Origin: Tubiluchus corallicola
Taxonomy: Eukaryota > Animalia > Priapulida
NCBI GenBank assembly: GCA_030141605.1
Contig: JAQGDQ010002368.1
Span: forward strand, 1-64,000
Direction of reading: 5' to 3'
DNA length: 64,000 nucleotides
The notes beneath the pieces were generated by a model, which saw nothing but the letters and a program-made list of their open reading frames with translations, was not told the DNA's origin and made no database searches. Shown in pieces: positions 1-18,800 of this stretch (position 1 is its first letter; each line of letters starts with the position of its first letter). A program made the position numbers and the translations under genes.

Positions 1-401
1 TAAAAATAATCCACCTTTAAAGACATCAACCAGCCGGTAATATATTGTAAAATCATGTTTAGTGTCCACGACAGTCCATGGCTACACATTATTTGAAAAG
101 AGACGCCCAAAAAGTCCACAAAGAGCTACTTTAAATAACAAATTTGGGCAAGCTATGTGTTACTAGTATCTCTCCACCAACTATTAACAGTCATTTTAAC
201 CCAGAAAGATTTTTTTCTCATCTGTGCTTCTCGGGAAAGACATTTACAAACAGCAGACTGTGCAATGCTATTTGACTGTGACCATGCAATGACAATAAGA
301 GTTTTAAAAATAAAAAAGGCAATAAATGTTTTGCACTCTTTGGCACAAGGATTTGCCAAATGTTCACTACAAAATCTCTTAATTTTTTTAAAAGCAGATA
401 C

Positions 402-6275
<5,874 letters not shown>

Positions 6276-6389
6276 ATTTTCATTGTCATTTTATTCGTAA
6301 AGGCACAAGGGTAAAAAATAAGACTGCTTAAACTTGTTCTGATTTCTTCCGAAATTTTGTCTTCTGATAACAACATCTACAAGCGATCG

Positions 6390-6498
6390 AACGTCCACAG
6401 TTCTAGCAAGAAATTTTCTTTCGTTACCATCGCAACAACAATAGAACGTCCACTATTGTAGTAAGAAATTCTATTCTATTACCATCGCAACAACAATG
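6390..6498. repeat. Two tandem ~55-bp copies just upstream of the LRR-EGF start codon
   Basis: GAACGTCCAC...TTACCATCGCAACAACAAT occurs twice. Confidence 0.85.
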
Positions 6499-7108
6499 GT
6501 TTTTTCTTTTATTATTAAAGTTTTAAAAAGCAACAAAATCGTAATGACGAAAGTAAAATGTACCAACAAAAATATTTTACTCTTTGTGTGTTTTTTTAGC
6601 TTTTTCTTTTTGTTACCTTTTGATTAATCATTAATGACATCAATTAATCATTGTTGTTGTTGATAGTTGCTCTTGCTCTTGATTTTGTTGTCTTTGTTAG
6701 TTGCTGTTACTCTTGCTCTTGCTGTTGTTGTTAGTTGTTGCTGTTGTTGTTGTTGTTATTTTTGTTGTTGTTGTTGATGATGATGCTGTTATTTCTACTG
6801 TAGCTCTTTATTTTGAGCATATATACATCTACACATGCGCCCCCTATTTGCACGGCAACATAATTAACAATGTTGAAATTATTAACGGCTAACATGTCAG
6901 CTAGCATTAATTGACATCAATTACGTCAATTATTCAATCAATTTAGGTGAATGACATGAGAAAATTAGCTAACCAATTATTAGCAAAATTGATTATTACG
7001 AGAAGCTAACATGTAACTAACACCTTGGTGACGTCAAAATCTTGCGAAGTTTCTCCTTTTGTTGCGATTTACTAATTTACATTCAAATTGGAGTTGATGT
7101 GGGGTGAG

Positions 7109-7192
7109 GGTTCCCCCTCTAAACCGTTGGTGTGCGGTGGGGGTTCCCCCTCTAAACCGTTGGTGTGCGGTGGGGGTTCCCCCTCTAAACAC
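7109..7192. repeat. 33-bp GC-rich tandem repeat, ~2.5 copies
   Basis: Unit GGGGGTTCCCCCTCTAAACCGTTGGTGTGCGGT. Confidence 0.9.
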
Positions 7193-7671
7193 TGGCGCAT
7201 TGTGAATTCATGGGTTAATCGCTTAGCCAACTTCATTATATGCTGTTTAGAATACTATTAACCATTGTCATGGAATTCATTTCCCCCTTCTTCACGCTCT
7301 CTCTCCCTCCCTTTCCCCTCTCTCCCCTCCTCTCTCTCTCTCTCTCTCTCTCTCCCACTCTTTCTCTCCATCTCTCCTGCCATATTTCTTTATCTTTTTC
7401 TCCAATCTTCTCTCTTTCCTCGACACTCTTTTCTCTCCTTTTTTCTCTCACTGGCCAAATCTCAAAGTTTAGAGTTTTGAAAAAATCAAACATTCCAAAC
7501 TTTAAACAATGCGAAACTAACTTTAGAACTGACGAAATAATGGAAATCTGCATAAATGAAGTGGCGAAGACAGAGCTGGTTCTTGTTTTGGTCTAATTTT
7601 GGTCTGGATTTGTCATAACAGGTAAGTCTAGGATGCTGTTGCACTTAAAACTGCACACGACCATAACCATA

Positions 7672-8928
7672 AATGGTTGTCACTTTACTGAGAGATCTGC
7701 ATACCTAACCTTAAATGGTTGTCACTTTACTGAGAGATCTGCATACCTAACCATAAATGGTTGTCACTTTACTGAGAGATCTGCATACCTAACCTTAAAT
7801 GGTTGTCACTTTACTGAGAGATCTGCATACCTAACCTTAAATGGTTGCCACTTTAATGAGAGATCTGCGTACCTAACCTTAAATGGTTGTCACTTTACTG
7901 AGAGATCTGCATACCTAACCTTAAATGGTTATCACTTTACTGAGAGATCTGCATACCTAACCTTAAATGGTTGTCACTTTAATGAGAGATCTGCGTACCT
8001 AACCTTAAATGGTTGTCACTTTACTGAGAGATCTGCATACCTAACCTTAAATGGTTATCATTTTAATGAGAGATCTGCATACCTAACCTTAAATGGGTGT
8101 CACTTTAATGAGAGATCTGCATACTTAACCTTAAATGGTTGTCACTTTAATGAGAGATCTGCATACCTAACCTTAAATGGTTATCACTTTACTGAGAGAT
8201 CTGCATACCTAACCTTAAATGGTTATCACTTTAATGAGAGATCTGCATACCTAACCTTAAATGGTTATCACTTTACTGAGAGATCTGCATACCTAACCTT
8301 AAATGGTTATCACTTTACTGAGAGATCTGCATACCTAACCTTAAATGGGTATCACTTTACTGAGAGATCTGCAAACCTAACCTTAAATGGTTATCACTTT
8401 ACTGAGAGATCTGCATACCTAACCTTAAATGGTTATCACTTTACTGAGAGATCTGCATACCTAACCTTAAATGGTTATCACTTTACTGAGAGATCTGCAT
8501 ACCTAACCTTAAATTGTTATCACTTTACTGAGAGATCTGCATACCTAACCTTAAATGGTTGTCACTTTACTGAGAGGTCTGCAAACCTAACCTTAAATGG
8601 TTATCACTTTACTGAGAGATCTGCAAACCTAACCTTAAATGGCTATCACTATACTGAGAGATCTGCATACCTAACCTTAAATGGTTATCACTTTACTGAG
8701 AGATCTGCATACCTAACCTTAAATGGTTATCACTTTACTGAGAGATCTGCATACCTAACCTTAAATGGTTATCACTTTACTGAGAGATCTGCATACCTAA
8801 CCTTAAATTGTTATCACTTTACTGAGAGATCTGCATACCTAACCTTAAATGGTTGTCACTTTACTGAGAGATCTGCAAACCTAACCTTAAATGGTTATCA
8901 CTTTACTGAGAGATCTGCAAACCTAACA
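7672..8928. repeat. 42-bp minisatellite, ~30 copies (AATGGTTRTCACTTTACTGAGAGATCTGCATACCTAACCTTA)
   Basis: Tandem units; they generate the 432-aa repetitive ORF (NG[C/Y]HFTERSAYLTL)n. Confidence 0.97.
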
Positions 8929-9038
8929 TAGCACACATTTATAAGTTGATTTAAAATCATTGTGAAAAAGAAAAACCTGTGACAATAAAAAACACAAAGC
9001 AAAATGAATTATCCAGAAAGTTTATTTAATGTAGGTAC

Positions 9039-12000
9039 CAGAATAGCTATGCCCAGCTATACTAGAATACAGTTCCACTTCTGTGAATCGCTCAGGCAAT
9101 AATAATAATGCTGTGTGAACTGCACTTTGAAGATTCGTATTATATGCAGTCTCAAGATCATGATTTTTTGTATTATGCAGCCACAACACCTATGAGCATT
9201 AAAACAAGCATTGTATATTAGTATACGACATATAGCACAATAAATAAGTTTGGAAAGTGACAAGAAACAAGCTAAACGGTCAAGCTGATTTAAGAGTCAA
9301 AGAAAAAGACAGAGTGCAACATTTTTGTCTAAATCAGCTTGACTCTGCAGGCTTCCCCCTTTTGTATTTTCCACCTTGTAAATTTAGCAAATGTGTAGAA
9401 GTTATGTTGTTATTCTTATCATGCTTACTGTTGTGGTTTTCACCATATAGGCTTAGACAAACTTTTTACTGTGTTGTGATCCTTTCTGAATCTCATATGT
9501 AAGGTAGATGATTCACATTTCTTTGCAATTTCTTCTAGTTATACCACAATTATTTTAACATTTGAAATTCTCCTCTTTTGACTTGTAAATTGTGCCTTAG
9601 TATTTTAGTATCATCAGTTTACTAATTATTGCTTTGATTTACAGTATTGACAAGGACTAATACAGTTGAAACAATTGTCTATGCTCAATAAACATGTTGA
9701 TTCCTAGAGGCCGGCACTTTTATGTATTCAGTTTTTCTTTGTCATACAATACTTATTTACAATAACAAAAGTATTATTGCTGCAAAATGGGATAACAGAC
9801 TGATAGCATGCATCACATTTGCCACTGCATAATATAAGCTACATTGAAAATTCTCTCTCTAGCTATTTATACATTTAAAATGTGCCCAGAAAGTAAAATA
9901 CCAATCTACTTAATTAACACAACAGATAACTTACTGGTTTATGCAGTCGTCCACTAATATATAATGTCTCCCAATCAAGTAAGTCTGCTATGCATTTATG
10001 TCTGCTCATTACTCCATACTTGATTAACTGCAAAAGAACACTGGCTTCAAGAAACAAGTAGGTGTGAAAATATTTTGCCACCTATTAGTTATACCTAAAA
10101 TACATTATTTTACTATTTATTTCTAAGTCGATTAATCCATAGATACTATGAATGTAGCATATAAATGCTGTCACATTTAAAGCATTTTAGCACAAATATT
10201 CTTTTTGTTTTATGGCAATATAATTATAAAATTGATGTCCAGTCCTGTGGAGTATGGGTAGAGGGATTTAGGGTATGGACAGGTCATGTCTGTCTGTTTG
10301 CCTGTCTATCTGTCAATGTGTATGTTAGCATGTGTGTGTCTGACTGTTCATCTGCACAATAAAACCAAAATGGAACAACTATAATTACAAAAAAATTGGC
10401 AATAGGATGCATGTGGGTTTTGGTTAAAAAAATATCAAAGTCGCAAAAAGTATCTATACAAACAAAATGCAAGAAGCTATAATCACCAAATTTCGTGCAC
10501 TGATAGATCTGGCCCAGACCCAGAAACCCCTTGTTTTTACTTTCAAAAAGACAAAACGTCAATGTCACAAGAGCAAAAACTGTCAAAGCAAATTTCTGCC
10601 CATAGTGAATTCTTGTACAACTCTAAGGTCCTCTATTCATTGTAGTTTAAGCGCTGTATTACTACTTACAATTTTTTCAATTTTCATTACATTATTAACA
10701 TGAAAAGAAAACATTCACAGATTCAGATGTTCATAGTTCTGCAAACAACAACTGCAGAAAACCAAATATCCAATAGACATGTACATAAAAGATTCATGGT
10801 ACCTACCTACTACCTACCCTTTTTTCCCATGGCACTAGTGTGTTGAAATAGATGCCAGCTCCAGCATTCTGCACTTTCCCTAACAGCGCAGGCCTAGCAT
10901 ACCGTAGAAATGAATAATGACTTTTGTTATGCTCTAGGTTTTCCTTATGCCACTGCACAGGGTCCTTCACGACAAATATTAAATCCAGCATGTTTTGCTA
11001 AAAATAATGATAAAGACAACATTATTACTTAAAAAATGTTGCAGATATTGGTATTTACAGCTTGTCTCTAGCCAAATGGAATTTGATTGGGACTGCTTAA
11101 TACAGAGTGCTTGCATAAATAAACATAGACAAAAACACATTGCTCACACACACAAATATATATATTTGTATATATTTATATATTCAATATCCTTGCCATT
11201 ACCATGCCCAGTCTTGTGCAGTATAGGCATTTAGAGTATGGATAGGTCGTGTCTGTCCATATGTTAATTGTTGTGGAGATCGCTGGCATCTATTAGAACT
11301 AAATAGAACATTGTAGAATGTTCCGTTAGAATAATCTCTTTACCGTGTAGAATGTTCTGGAAGCGAACTTCTAGAAGCTTCTCGGGCACGCTATATAAGG
11401 CGAAGCAGGCCGCTGATAGACACACACTGATTCACACGGACGCCACTTACACATTCTCTTGTATACCTGTATTTTCAGATACACTCAAACGTTTTCCAGA
11501 TTTTCACGTTTACTTTAAACATTTCGCATTCCTTCATACTTTTGTGTTGTAGAATTCTCGCTTAATAAACTAGTTCAATTTGACGAAGTGTTTTCTGGTT
11601 TTCTCTACGAGCCTTCCGAGAGAAACAAAACACAACATTAATGTGTGTGTCTGGCTGTCCGTCTGCACAATAAAACCAAAATGGAAGAACTGTAAATACA
11701 AAAAATTGGCACAAGAATGCATGTGGGAAAGAGCTGAAAATCTACTGAGCTTGGGTTCAAAACTATAAAGATCAAGGTCGCAAAAAGTACTTATACAATA
11801 AACATGCAAGAAGCTATAATCACCAAATTTCGTGCAGCGATAGATCTCGCCTAAACCCAGAAACCCACTGATTTTAGTTTCAAAAAGTCAAAAACGTCAA
11901 TGTCACAAGAGCAAAAACTGTCAAAATAAATTTCTGCCCATTGTCAAGCCATAGATTTACACCTCTAAGGTCCTCTGTTCAGTGCCCTCATAGTCATAGT

Positions 12001-12159
12001 CAAATATATATATATAATAATGCAAATAAAAATTACCTGCATATCGGGTTGCCCTGTTTGTTGAAAAGCTCCTGAGCCATAAGCAAATACAAAATCGCTA
12101 TCCTTTGGGAAAATTTTTAGCAAACGCTGAAAAACTGGAGATGTTTTGATGTAGTTCAT
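9039..12159 (-). CDS. TAMM41: Mitochondrial phosphatidate cytidylyltransferase Tam41; 5' four coding exons only, C-terminal part not found in window
   Basis: Exons 12159-12037 ([10 protein letters not shown]), 10997-10818 ([19 protein letters not shown]...GIYFNTLV), 10027-9935 (LIKYGV...[17 protein letters not shown]) and 9189-9039 ([17 protein letters not shown]...IAGHSYSG). These are hallmark Tam41 motifs with GT-AG junctions in frame. An alternative in-frame ATG lies at 12168. Confidence 0.93.
10236..11975. mobile_element. Two copies of an unclassified interspersed repeat in TAMM41 introns (~10236-10635 and ~11205-11975, the second split by an LTR)
   Basis: Shared blocks such as TCTGCACAATAAAACCAAAATGGAA and ATGCAAGAAGCTATAATCACCAAATTTCGTGCA...AAAACGTCAATGTCACAAGAGCAAAAACTGTCAAA. 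Confidence 0.8.
11269..11637 (+). mobile_element. Solo LTR of an LTR retrotransposon (369 bp)
   Basis: TGTTGTG...CACAACA inverted termini, perfect 5-bp TSD TTAAT (11264-11268 and 11638-11642), and an internal TATATAA (~11392) and AATAAA (~11564). It cleanly interrupts the host repeat. Confidence 0.9.
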
Positions 12160-12169
12160 TTTAATCATG

Positions 12170-12841
12170 CATGTAATGTACAACAACCTGTGAACGCGGC
12201 CATATTCACATGCGGGATAGGTCCGCACACTGAACGATTACGCTCCTTATTGGCTATAAACACAAAACAAACTTGTCAACTGGCGATAGCGTGTATTAGA
12301 AACCGACAATTTTTGGAAACGCCTGTTGCATGGTGGAAGACCAGAGTGTGACATTAGTAGGGCCCGGAGTGATATAGAATTTATTTTATCATGTGAAATT
12401 TCTGCTCTCCGTTCATTTTATCTTGTCCTGAATTTCTGCACACACTCACTATTGATACTTGTAGGCGTCTCACTAAAGCAAATAGACACATAGTAAACAC
12501 TATAGTATAAGTATAAAAACTATAATTACCTGAGTAGTGTATGTTCGGAGATGGTACGTGTAAAGTAAGATATAGTTTGTTTATTTTCAATAATAACTGA
12601 ATAACTAACTGTAAGCAATCTCTAATTATTATGTATATCACTTGCAGTACTTGAAACGAAGATTGTGCCAAAAAAGACTGGGTTAAACTTACGATAGTCT
12701 ACAGGCAGGAAGTGAAGATACTGCAGCGTCAGTCCAAGACACTCGAATTCAGGTGAGTGCCATGCTGTCGAACTCTTGCTAATACAGTTGTTATGCTTGT
12801 TATTTTTATGTACAATAAGCACCATGTTTATCTTTTTTTAG
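12170..12841. promoter_or_regulatory. Probable bidirectional promoter TAMM41/CPVL, including a CPVL 5'UTR exon (donor CAG|GTGAGT at 12752)
   Basis: Head-to-head start codons ~710 bp apart, with a 5'UTR intron ending at ~12841. Confidence 0.6.
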
Positions 12842-12871
12842 GTGTTAAGAGATTTTGAAAAAGCCATAACA

Positions 12872-15800
12872 ATGGATGGAAAAATCTTTTCAGCCTTCAT
12901 TATCTATGTGTTGTTCATGTGTTTTGAATGCAGACGCACACCATTTAGTGTTTTGTTTCCGGAGAAAATGCCGCGCATGCGAAGAAGTGATGTAGATCCT
13001 GGAGAGCCACTCTACTTAACTCCATACATTAAGGCAGGACAAATTGAAAAAGGTGAAAAGATAATAGAAGCAGGCACATTATAAAAATGTGTGCCAAACT
13101 TACGAAAGTTTCATCATTCATGCGAACTGGTACTTTGTCAAAACGCATTTTTAAATGCAAAGATACTTATCTTTTTTTTAAATTACGATATAACCACCTA
13201 GCTCCGTCAATAAGAATTATACTGGTGCATCATTTTCAACTTGCACTGGAAGTGTCATCCATGTTACACATCTAGGTTACTTATACATATATATGTGATG
13301 GCAAAAGTACTAGTAGTCTTACTAGACTACTTCAAATGCCACTACAAGCTGCTTTTGTAATTTTTTAGCACTGTCAATTAAATCAGACAACGTTAAAGTA
13401 AGATTACACCACACACAATCGGCATATTCAACGATAGACCTAATCGTTGCTTTGTAAAGACGTTCAAGTAAACAAATTTACTTGCTTGCTTTTATTGTTT
13501 ACAGCTCGGTCACTAAGCAAAGTTGGCCCATTGAATGGAACTAGTATTGTGAGCTACACTGGATTTTTAACAGTTAATGAGACATGTAACAGTAACATGT
13601 TTTTCTGGTTTTTCCCCTCTCAGGTAATTTTTAGTTAAGATATTTTATATTAGACAGAATAATATTAGCTTATATTCAGTTACCTCAACATTATGTTAAT
13701 ATCAAACAGTACTGGCATGAGGCATAGATACATCAAACTAATGCAAGTGATTTTGTCAGTGTTGCTCAGTTTTAGAGTGTGTTTCATTTGAAACATAGAT
13801 TGCACTGTTTCTGTATAGGTAATGTTTGTGGTATGTTAGCCCGTTAAGAGTACTGAATATCTTGTAATGTTGCAAGTTCAAGTTTTACTGCAGAATATGG
13901 AACAGTGGCGATTCATGTGTAAGTACTGCGGTACTGCAGCATGCCCATTTTCACTCATTATTATCGATAATATTCAATGTAATCAGTCATTTTTCTTTAG
14001 TTCTCTTTTTATACTTGTGCACAACCAGCACATGAAGGAAGTACAATTTGTTTCACAGCCCAAGCAATGTGGTGTTTGGCTCTTGTGCGCATGCGGCCAT
14101 GTGCTGCTAGGTCGAAAAGTACTGTGTCTATCACAGTAACAATTGCCACGTGCTTACCGTGTACCGTCATATTCTTGGACGTGATAAAGTGTAGATTTAG
14201 CTTGTGTGCTTAAAACATAAATTATTTAGTGGATGCCTTGCATCCTCAAGAAATAAGTTCTGTGACTGTAAGTGAATTTCAACAGCTTAATTTTTCGTGG
14301 TTGTCTCTCCAAGAGAAAGTTGCAGTTAAGAAAACCCAATTCAAATATAACTGCAACATTAAAATTACATATGTCTGTTACGTTTTAGACAGTATTAAAA
14401 CAATGGCTAAAAATTTCCTGAAGCAGTACCCCCACTAATTTTAGCTAATGACAAAAAGGGTCTCCCTGCGATTTTATATGTTGCTATAAATTGCCCGTGT
14501 AATGACTATGATGTCATGTTTACTAGCTGGAAGTTAATAATTGTTTTCCACTTCAGAGGAATCCAAAAGCAGATCCAGTTCTCTTATGGTTACAAGGAGG
14601 CCCAGGCGGCACATCTCTTTTTGGTCTCTTTTGTGAAAATGGTCCTTTTCAAGTGAACAAAATGATACAACTGGAGCCTAGAAAAGTCAATTGGAATAGC
14701 AAGTATTCGATGCTTTACATTGATAATCCTGTAGGTACAGGTTTCAGTTTTACTGATAATGAAGCTGGATATGCTAGAGATGAAGAAGATGTGGCAGATG
14801 ATCTGTACAGGTAATTAAATTTTTTGTTCATTGCATAATTATGATAAGCAATTAACTAACCATATGTACACTTTATTTACGTTTGCTTTGTTTTATTCAT
14901 GGGCACTTAAGCAGCCACAATGTTCAGTGTTTCACAATTTGTGAATGTCGTGCAAATCTATACATTTAACAAAATGTGTAATTAGTGATCAAAAATTGAA
15001 AACTTTTCTAGCCCAATTTACATTGTGCTTGTTACAGCATACACAGTGTATTGAAAGCAGATTAAGGTTCGGAGGTATTCATTTGCCAAGAATTTACCAT
15101 TTTGATATCTTCTTTTGTCATTCTGGACAAAACTTTAGTTTTTGGTGAAAAGTTATGTAACACGAGTGGACCTTGTGTTAGTGCAAATTATGATGTTATC
15201 ATAGGTAATGAATTTCAAAACATCCTTTTTATAACTACTTGTATCTGTGTATGTTTATTGATTATTCTGTGCCAACAGTTTGAGAAATGTACCTTTTTAT
15301 TTACAAACTAACCACATGCAGAATGTACTGCAGTCTGTTTTTGGCTGTGTTAGTTGTGGTGTATTAACAAATTACATGAAATGGTAATTGACAGCGGCTG
15401 TACAACAATTTCTTCTAAGTAATCTTAGCTGTCTGTCTACTAGACTATGTATGATATCTGCATAGTTACGCCGAATGGTGCATGTTGCTGCCATCTGGCA
15501 ACAAAATTAATATGAAAACAATTTACACTTCTTTTAACTAATCAAGTAAGGTTGAAAAATTACTGAATGACTTACTGTGACTAATGTGCAGCAACTATTA
15601 AAGAAACATTAGCAATATTGTTGACAAACAACTGTATAACAGTGCAAGAAATACACATAATATTATTTCATTTTGAACGTTTTTAATAGACTGTTGTTCC
15701 TTTTTATTTTTAGTGCTTTAACGCAATTCTTTCAAGTATTCTATGAATATGCAAAGCTGGATTTCTACGTTACGGGTGAAGTATGTTATAGACACAAGTT

Positions 15801-18800
15801 ATTTGAAAGATATACTTAATTTATTGTTCAGGTCTTGTTGTTGAAAAGAGGCCAAGTAAAAACCAATTTAGAACCAAGTAAAATTGTTGTGGTAACTAAT
15901 GAAACATCTATCAGTTAAATATAAAAATTCAAGCTTCATCTAAACACAATGGCTCTATTTCATGAGAAACATCATTTTACTATAATTTAAATTTTTGCAT
16001 TGTAATTGAGACATTAATGTCAAGAGACACGAATCTCATAATATTTATTACTACTTGGAGATGATCAGTTTTATATTCTGTACAATGAATATTCTGTACA
16101 ACATTTTTTCTGCTCTTATGTCATGTAACTCAAATGTTCAAATGTCCAATTTTCACTCTGCATGATTTTCCATAGTGTCTGTTTAAAACAAAGCAGACAT
16201 ATGTTTGGCTTATATAGTCTCTCGTGAAATATTTCTACTTTTCCCCCATTTCTATGAGTGTACACATTTTTTGTCTTTAGCCTAGACTTTTCATTTTATT
16301 ACACTGATGTTGCTAGCTTTCAAGCCCTGCAAATTTTTAAAATTTTTAGTTATGGAAACATGTTGTAATGATGATAAGGGACATTTAGCTGTGGCATTTG
16401 AGGTGTCGTGTAACTTTGTAAAGTCATGGTTTTATTTTTCAGTCGTATGCAGGCAAGTATGTGCCAGCTATAGCATATGCAATAGATAAAAAAAACCCTG
16501 GTGCAAAAACATTCATCAATCTTAAAGGTGTTGCTATTGGTGATGGTCTTTGTGACCCTGTCACGGTAAGTTAACATGTGCAATTGCCTAAACTCACTGG
16601 GAACAATAAATCTATAAATTCCCAGTATTTATGGATGAAGTTTATCTAGAACGTTAAAGAAAAAAAGTTAGTTTTACAACATTTAAAGTCAGAAGAAACT
16701 GAGAATTGCTGATACTCTTCCTGTTCTCATTAAGGAAAATTTTTCTCTAAGTGAATATAAATCTCATTCTCATTGCAACAGTCACAAATTTGATAGCTGG
16801 TAATAACAAGTATAGCAGGCGCCAGTAAATAGACTCACTTTGGGATGGACGTGTTTTTACCTAATTAACTGGGCGCTCTTCAGCTTAGTACGTGCTATAA
16901 GATTTTAAATGAATTTTAGAAACAAATTAATGTCAGAATTATTATATGCAATCATTTTTTTAAAAATACTAATTTACATATAAATGAATTAATAAAAAAG
17001 AAAAGAAAAAATCGCACTAATCTGATTATTACCACTAAAAATTAAAATTAAATTTCACTCGGCTGAAAAGCTAAGTCGCTTTATATTATTCAATCCTTTT
17101 GCTCATAGATTGTAGGACAAGTACTCGTTTTACAAGATAAGTGTATCGCAAACTGACTGTTTAGCAAAAAATAGCCAGAGCAAATTACACCGAGTCTGAA
17201 CTTAGTAGTTTTATCCTAATTGTGAAATCACGGTATGCCATTTACGTATTCTTTTTTCATGTTGCAAAGTGATGTAAAGTTCTGTAATGGTTGCAGATTT
17301 TTAAAATGTAGTTTAAATTTCTAAAAATCAGTCACTTAAAAAATGAAATCTTAGCTTAATGTGCCATTCATTGCTTTTTAATTCATTTTAGATGGTTGGA
17401 TATGGAGATTTGCTTTTTCAAATTGGAATGGTTAGCGAGTTACAAAGGGATCATTTCAAACAACAGGAAGCCATTGCTGTTGAACTAATCAATGAGCAAA
17501 ATTTCATAGCAGCTTTCCATGTAAGTACTGCAGTTATCAGCATGGCTGACGTTATGGACAGTATCTCGCAGTTGTCATGAAAACTGAGTGCAGTGTTAAG
17601 AATCTAAAATTGATGGTCATTATTTGTTTTGTTTAAGGTTGGAATCATGAAATGAAATGGTCTGTCATAAATCAGTGGCAGCTCATGTTTAGGTACTGTA
17701 GAAGTGCAGCAACCCCTATTTTCACTGGATATTATCGATGATATTAAATATAATGAGTCTTTTTCCTTTAGTTCTTTCTTTATACTTGTAAAGTCCAGAG
17801 CACGAGAGGGTAGTACTGTTTGCTTCACAGCCCAGCACAGTGCATTCCAGCAACCCGATATTTGGCTGTTGTGTTTCTCGGTAATGCGCACATGTCTGAG
17901 CACAGGTAGAGAAAGTACTGTCGCTCACGCAATTTGTTGTCAGTTGTCACGTGCTTATCGTGAATCAATCAACTTTTTCCTGCGACAATTTAGGCTATTA
18001 GTAAGTAGAAAATATTTTTGTCAATTTATCAAGTTTATATATAAACTTTCTTATGTTTGTTTGTTTAAAATCTCATGCACAAATTACAACATTAAAATTA
18101 CATATGTTTGTTTCATGTTACTCAGTATTAAAACAATGGCTATAAATTTTCTGAAGCAGCACCTCCACTGTTTTTAGTTACGAACAACCACTGCTATCAG
18201 TAAAAGCTGATGCTTGAAGATGTCTCTCTACTAAAGAGGAAACACTCACAGAGAAACACTATCAAATTTAATTCACATAATTTTCTATTAGTGTGATAAC
18301 CGGACACAATTAATTGCTCGGTATTAACTTTGTACAGTGACATTTTTTGGTTTACCTAGGCTGTTTTATAGCTGAATATAAGTGTCATAATTGTGACTGC
18401 ACAGTTGCGCTGAAGTGAATTTTTTTTAATAATGGGTGGACATATATATTTGCTAACAGGTCATAATTCTCTGACGTTTATTTGTCTAGGTCTTTGACAC
18501 TTTACTAAACGGCGACTTAACCCCATTTCCTTCCTATTTTTACAATGTCACTGGGTCAAAGAACTACTTTAATTATCTAATGACTGCTGAACCAGATATT
18601 GATAATTATTTTTACAAGGTATGTCAATTTTGTTCTTTATTAGATATCTAGTTATTTGTATCACTGCTGTTTAGCATTTCATCTGGGTCATCTGCTTAGC
18701 TACATAATAACACTGGCTATAGTTCCATGATACTTCTTTTATTTTATTAAGTGTAGCCAATGGTGCAGCAGTGCTAAAAAAGAAGAAGAAACTTGCAGGG

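Noticed and set aside
6650-7596. Hydrophobic or Ser/Leu-rich ORFs (6701-6892, 7236-7596)
   Set aside because: Products of (GTT)n and CT-rich low-complexity DNA.
7633-8931. 432-aa ORF (NGYHFTERSAYLTL)n as a repeat protein
   Set aside because: It is entirely a 42-bp minisatellite, and a unit divisible by 3 easily leaves one frame open. It has no unique domain or signal peptide, and variants are mostly nonsynonymous.
8958-8976. Short TAMM41 terminal exon GFSFSQ* after an acceptor-like TTGTCACAG at ~8977
   Set aside because: It would delete the conserved C-terminal part of Tam41 and has no homology support. Kept only as a possible cryptic acceptor.
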